64,000 nucleotides of DNA from Vitrella brassicaformis CCMP3155. Its lineage: Eukaryota; Protista; Chromerida. A program made the translations under genes and the position numbers. The stretch covers positions 62,001-126,000 of the forward strand of contig CDMY01000239.1 in the NCBI GenBank assembly GCA_001179505.1. Direction: 5' to 3'. Below, piece by piece: positions 62,401 to 64,000 of this stretch (position 1 is its first letter; every line of letters begins with the position of its first letter). The notes under the pieces are model-generated. The model searched no databases, was not told the DNA's origin, and saw nothing but the letters and a program-made list of their open reading frames with translations.

Positions 62401-63853
62401 CTTGGCTCGACTTTGAAGGCCTTTTGCACAAGGCGTGTGGAAAAAAGTTCGGCGGCCATGGGTATGACGCTCCATCCCAGGTATGACAGAAAGGAGAAGG
62501 AGTGTGTCGAGGTGTGTCGATGTGCCGATATGCGTGTGTGGTTGACTGCACTGCCACCGCTGGATGAAACACGCACACACACGTCAGATGTACAGACTAT
62601 ACAAGCCCCACCACGCCGTGCCCGCCCACAAGGTGAACGGGCCACGCCCAACACTCAGTGTCACGGCTCCAGTAGCTTGAGGACACATATAGCATGTGTG
62701 TCTCTCTCTCACGTACTCGTCTAGGACTTCGACAAGTGCCTTCCTGGCTATTCCCACGTCACGTTACGTCAAGTCTGGTGCGTATGTAGGCTCAAAGAAG
62801 GACCCTTCGGCGCGGTCAGCCAGCCTTCTTCTCTTCGCTTGTGTGCAGGGACTATCTCAGCGCTCGGTTTCATGTCGAACACGACATCCTGAAGCCGAAA
62901 TGGCCTGCGGGAAAGCCATCGCCATCAAACAAGAAGGTGAGTGATACCTGTTGCATTGTACGCAAGAGACGAAAAAGTACAGAAGCAAGCTCCGTTGATG
63001 GTGTCCGTCAGGGAGAGCCGGTCAAGTGGGAAGATGTGACATTTCACTCTCCGGAACTCAACAACATTTATGCGCTGACCTCTGCCGAGATCGACAAGGC
63101 CTTCAGCGACATGTATGAGCTGGACCAAGCCATGCACCACGTCGCAGTCTTGAGACTCACACAGACCCGCCGTCGCATATTTCTATTGTACGTATGCGTC
63201 GTGTCAGCACGCTCCGTTTCGCCACTTGTGTCTGCTGGTGATGCGTGCGGTGAAGGACCTCCCGGACGGTCTGGTGGTCACATTGCGGCCAGAAGACGTC
63301 ACGCCGTACCTTTCAGACTCCTATAAAGACCTGCTGGAAACGGGACACTGTGAGCAATGCAGTACTGCAATGCACTCCCGAGTACATGCATGTAGCCGTG
63401 CGTGATGCGTGTCTCTTTTGGTGTCACAGGTTTGCCGCATCGGTACAAAGATCCAGGTGGGAGAGAGTGCCGATATCTGCGACTGGCTACCGTTCTTCTC
63501 GCGCAGATATTGTTAAGCGGAGGACCAAGAATGTGAAAGCCCTCAAAACCAATCCATCCGACGTCACCAAGGCACTCAACGCATATATCATGAAGAAACT
63601 CGACCACCTATGTGGCAAGCGCGACTTTGGTAAGGAAGCAAGCCGCGACACGCAGAAGCCATTCCACTTTGCATCTATGGCTTGGACTTTTGTGCCTTCG
63701 TTGTGTGTGTGTTCCTTCTTGTCTGTGTGTGTGGGTGCAGAGTCACCCAATAACCGCGGCAATCGGGTCGAAACATTCATGCTGGTCGCCATCATGGCTG
63801 CACTGCTGCCGCTGCTCAGCACGTACATCGGCGATAGACGGATAGACAAATAG
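59412..63853 (+). CDS. Large multi-exon hypothetical gene (possibly two genes); exon structure only partly resolved
   Basis: A chain of codon-biased segments bounded by GT/AG sites, e.g. PGPKRKQKQEKGITVSFEHS|YCNQVNDVCFSW, KAMNDWVRTWLKQYW, GYVPMRLIELWRLASIGYFE, DYLSARFHVEHDILKPKW, ALTSAEIDKAFSDMYELD. Hydrophobic C-terminus FMLVAIMAALLPLL. No recognised domain. Confidence 0.5.
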
Positions 63854-64000
63854 GTCTGCAGTGCGTGTGTGTGTTTGTGTCTCTGAGACATGCATCTTTG
63901 GCCGCAAGTATTTGTGACATGCGCCAGATGTCCACAGGCAGGTTTTCAATGAGGGATAGCCACAGAGACGCCTATGTATGTCTGAGTGTCACGTTTGCCA

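Noticed and set aside
52321-63853. Reading PIWI and its neighbours as a prokaryotic-Argonaute-like defence operon
   Set aside because: The gene has about 31 spliceosomal introns and eukaryotic PIWI motifs. Its neighbours show no SIR2, TIR, nuclease or APAZ domains.
1-64000. CRISPR arrays, rRNA, tRNA, snRNA, spliced-leader copies, transposase or reverse-transcriptase ORFs
   Set aside because: No repeat-spacer periodicity, no recognisable RNA gene motif, no dinoflagellate SL sequence and no RT/integrase/DDE motifs were seen. Short or divergent ncRNAs could be missed without an Infernal or tRNAscan search.

Overview
Intron-rich eukaryotic nuclear DNA. The GC-rich exons, short GT-AG introns full of (AC)n/(GACA)n/(GGAG)n/(CATC)n microsatellites, a bipartite plastid leader and alveolate-type genes suggest a chromerid such as Vitrella brassicaformis; this is inference, no search was run. 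About 15 multi-exon genes were reconstructed by eye: cyclophilin-SYF2 fusion, NAC-beta/BTF3, prokaryotic-type CDP-DAG synthase, Rpn5, ABHD17-like hydrolase, an orphan plastid-targeted protein, UBL-PI4K type II, PTB/hnRNP-L-like RRM protein, WDR60, CANT1-type apyrase, PP2C, Rpn2, a tandemly duplicated F-box-like/LRR-like family, a POT/MFS transporter, and a PIWI-clade Argonaute, followed by a large orphan gene. There are four 300-N gaps. The most interesting signal is the ~32-exon PIWI-clade Argonaute at 52321-58330. Its 5'-phosphate pocket is intact but two catalytic-tetrad residues are replaced (D->N, H->A), which predicts a guide-binding, slicer-dead protein. It also needs a 5-nt microexon. 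No rRNA, tRNA, CRISPR array or transposase was recognised. Most long ORFs in the supplied track are artefacts of introns and N gaps. Exon boundaries are manual and unverified.
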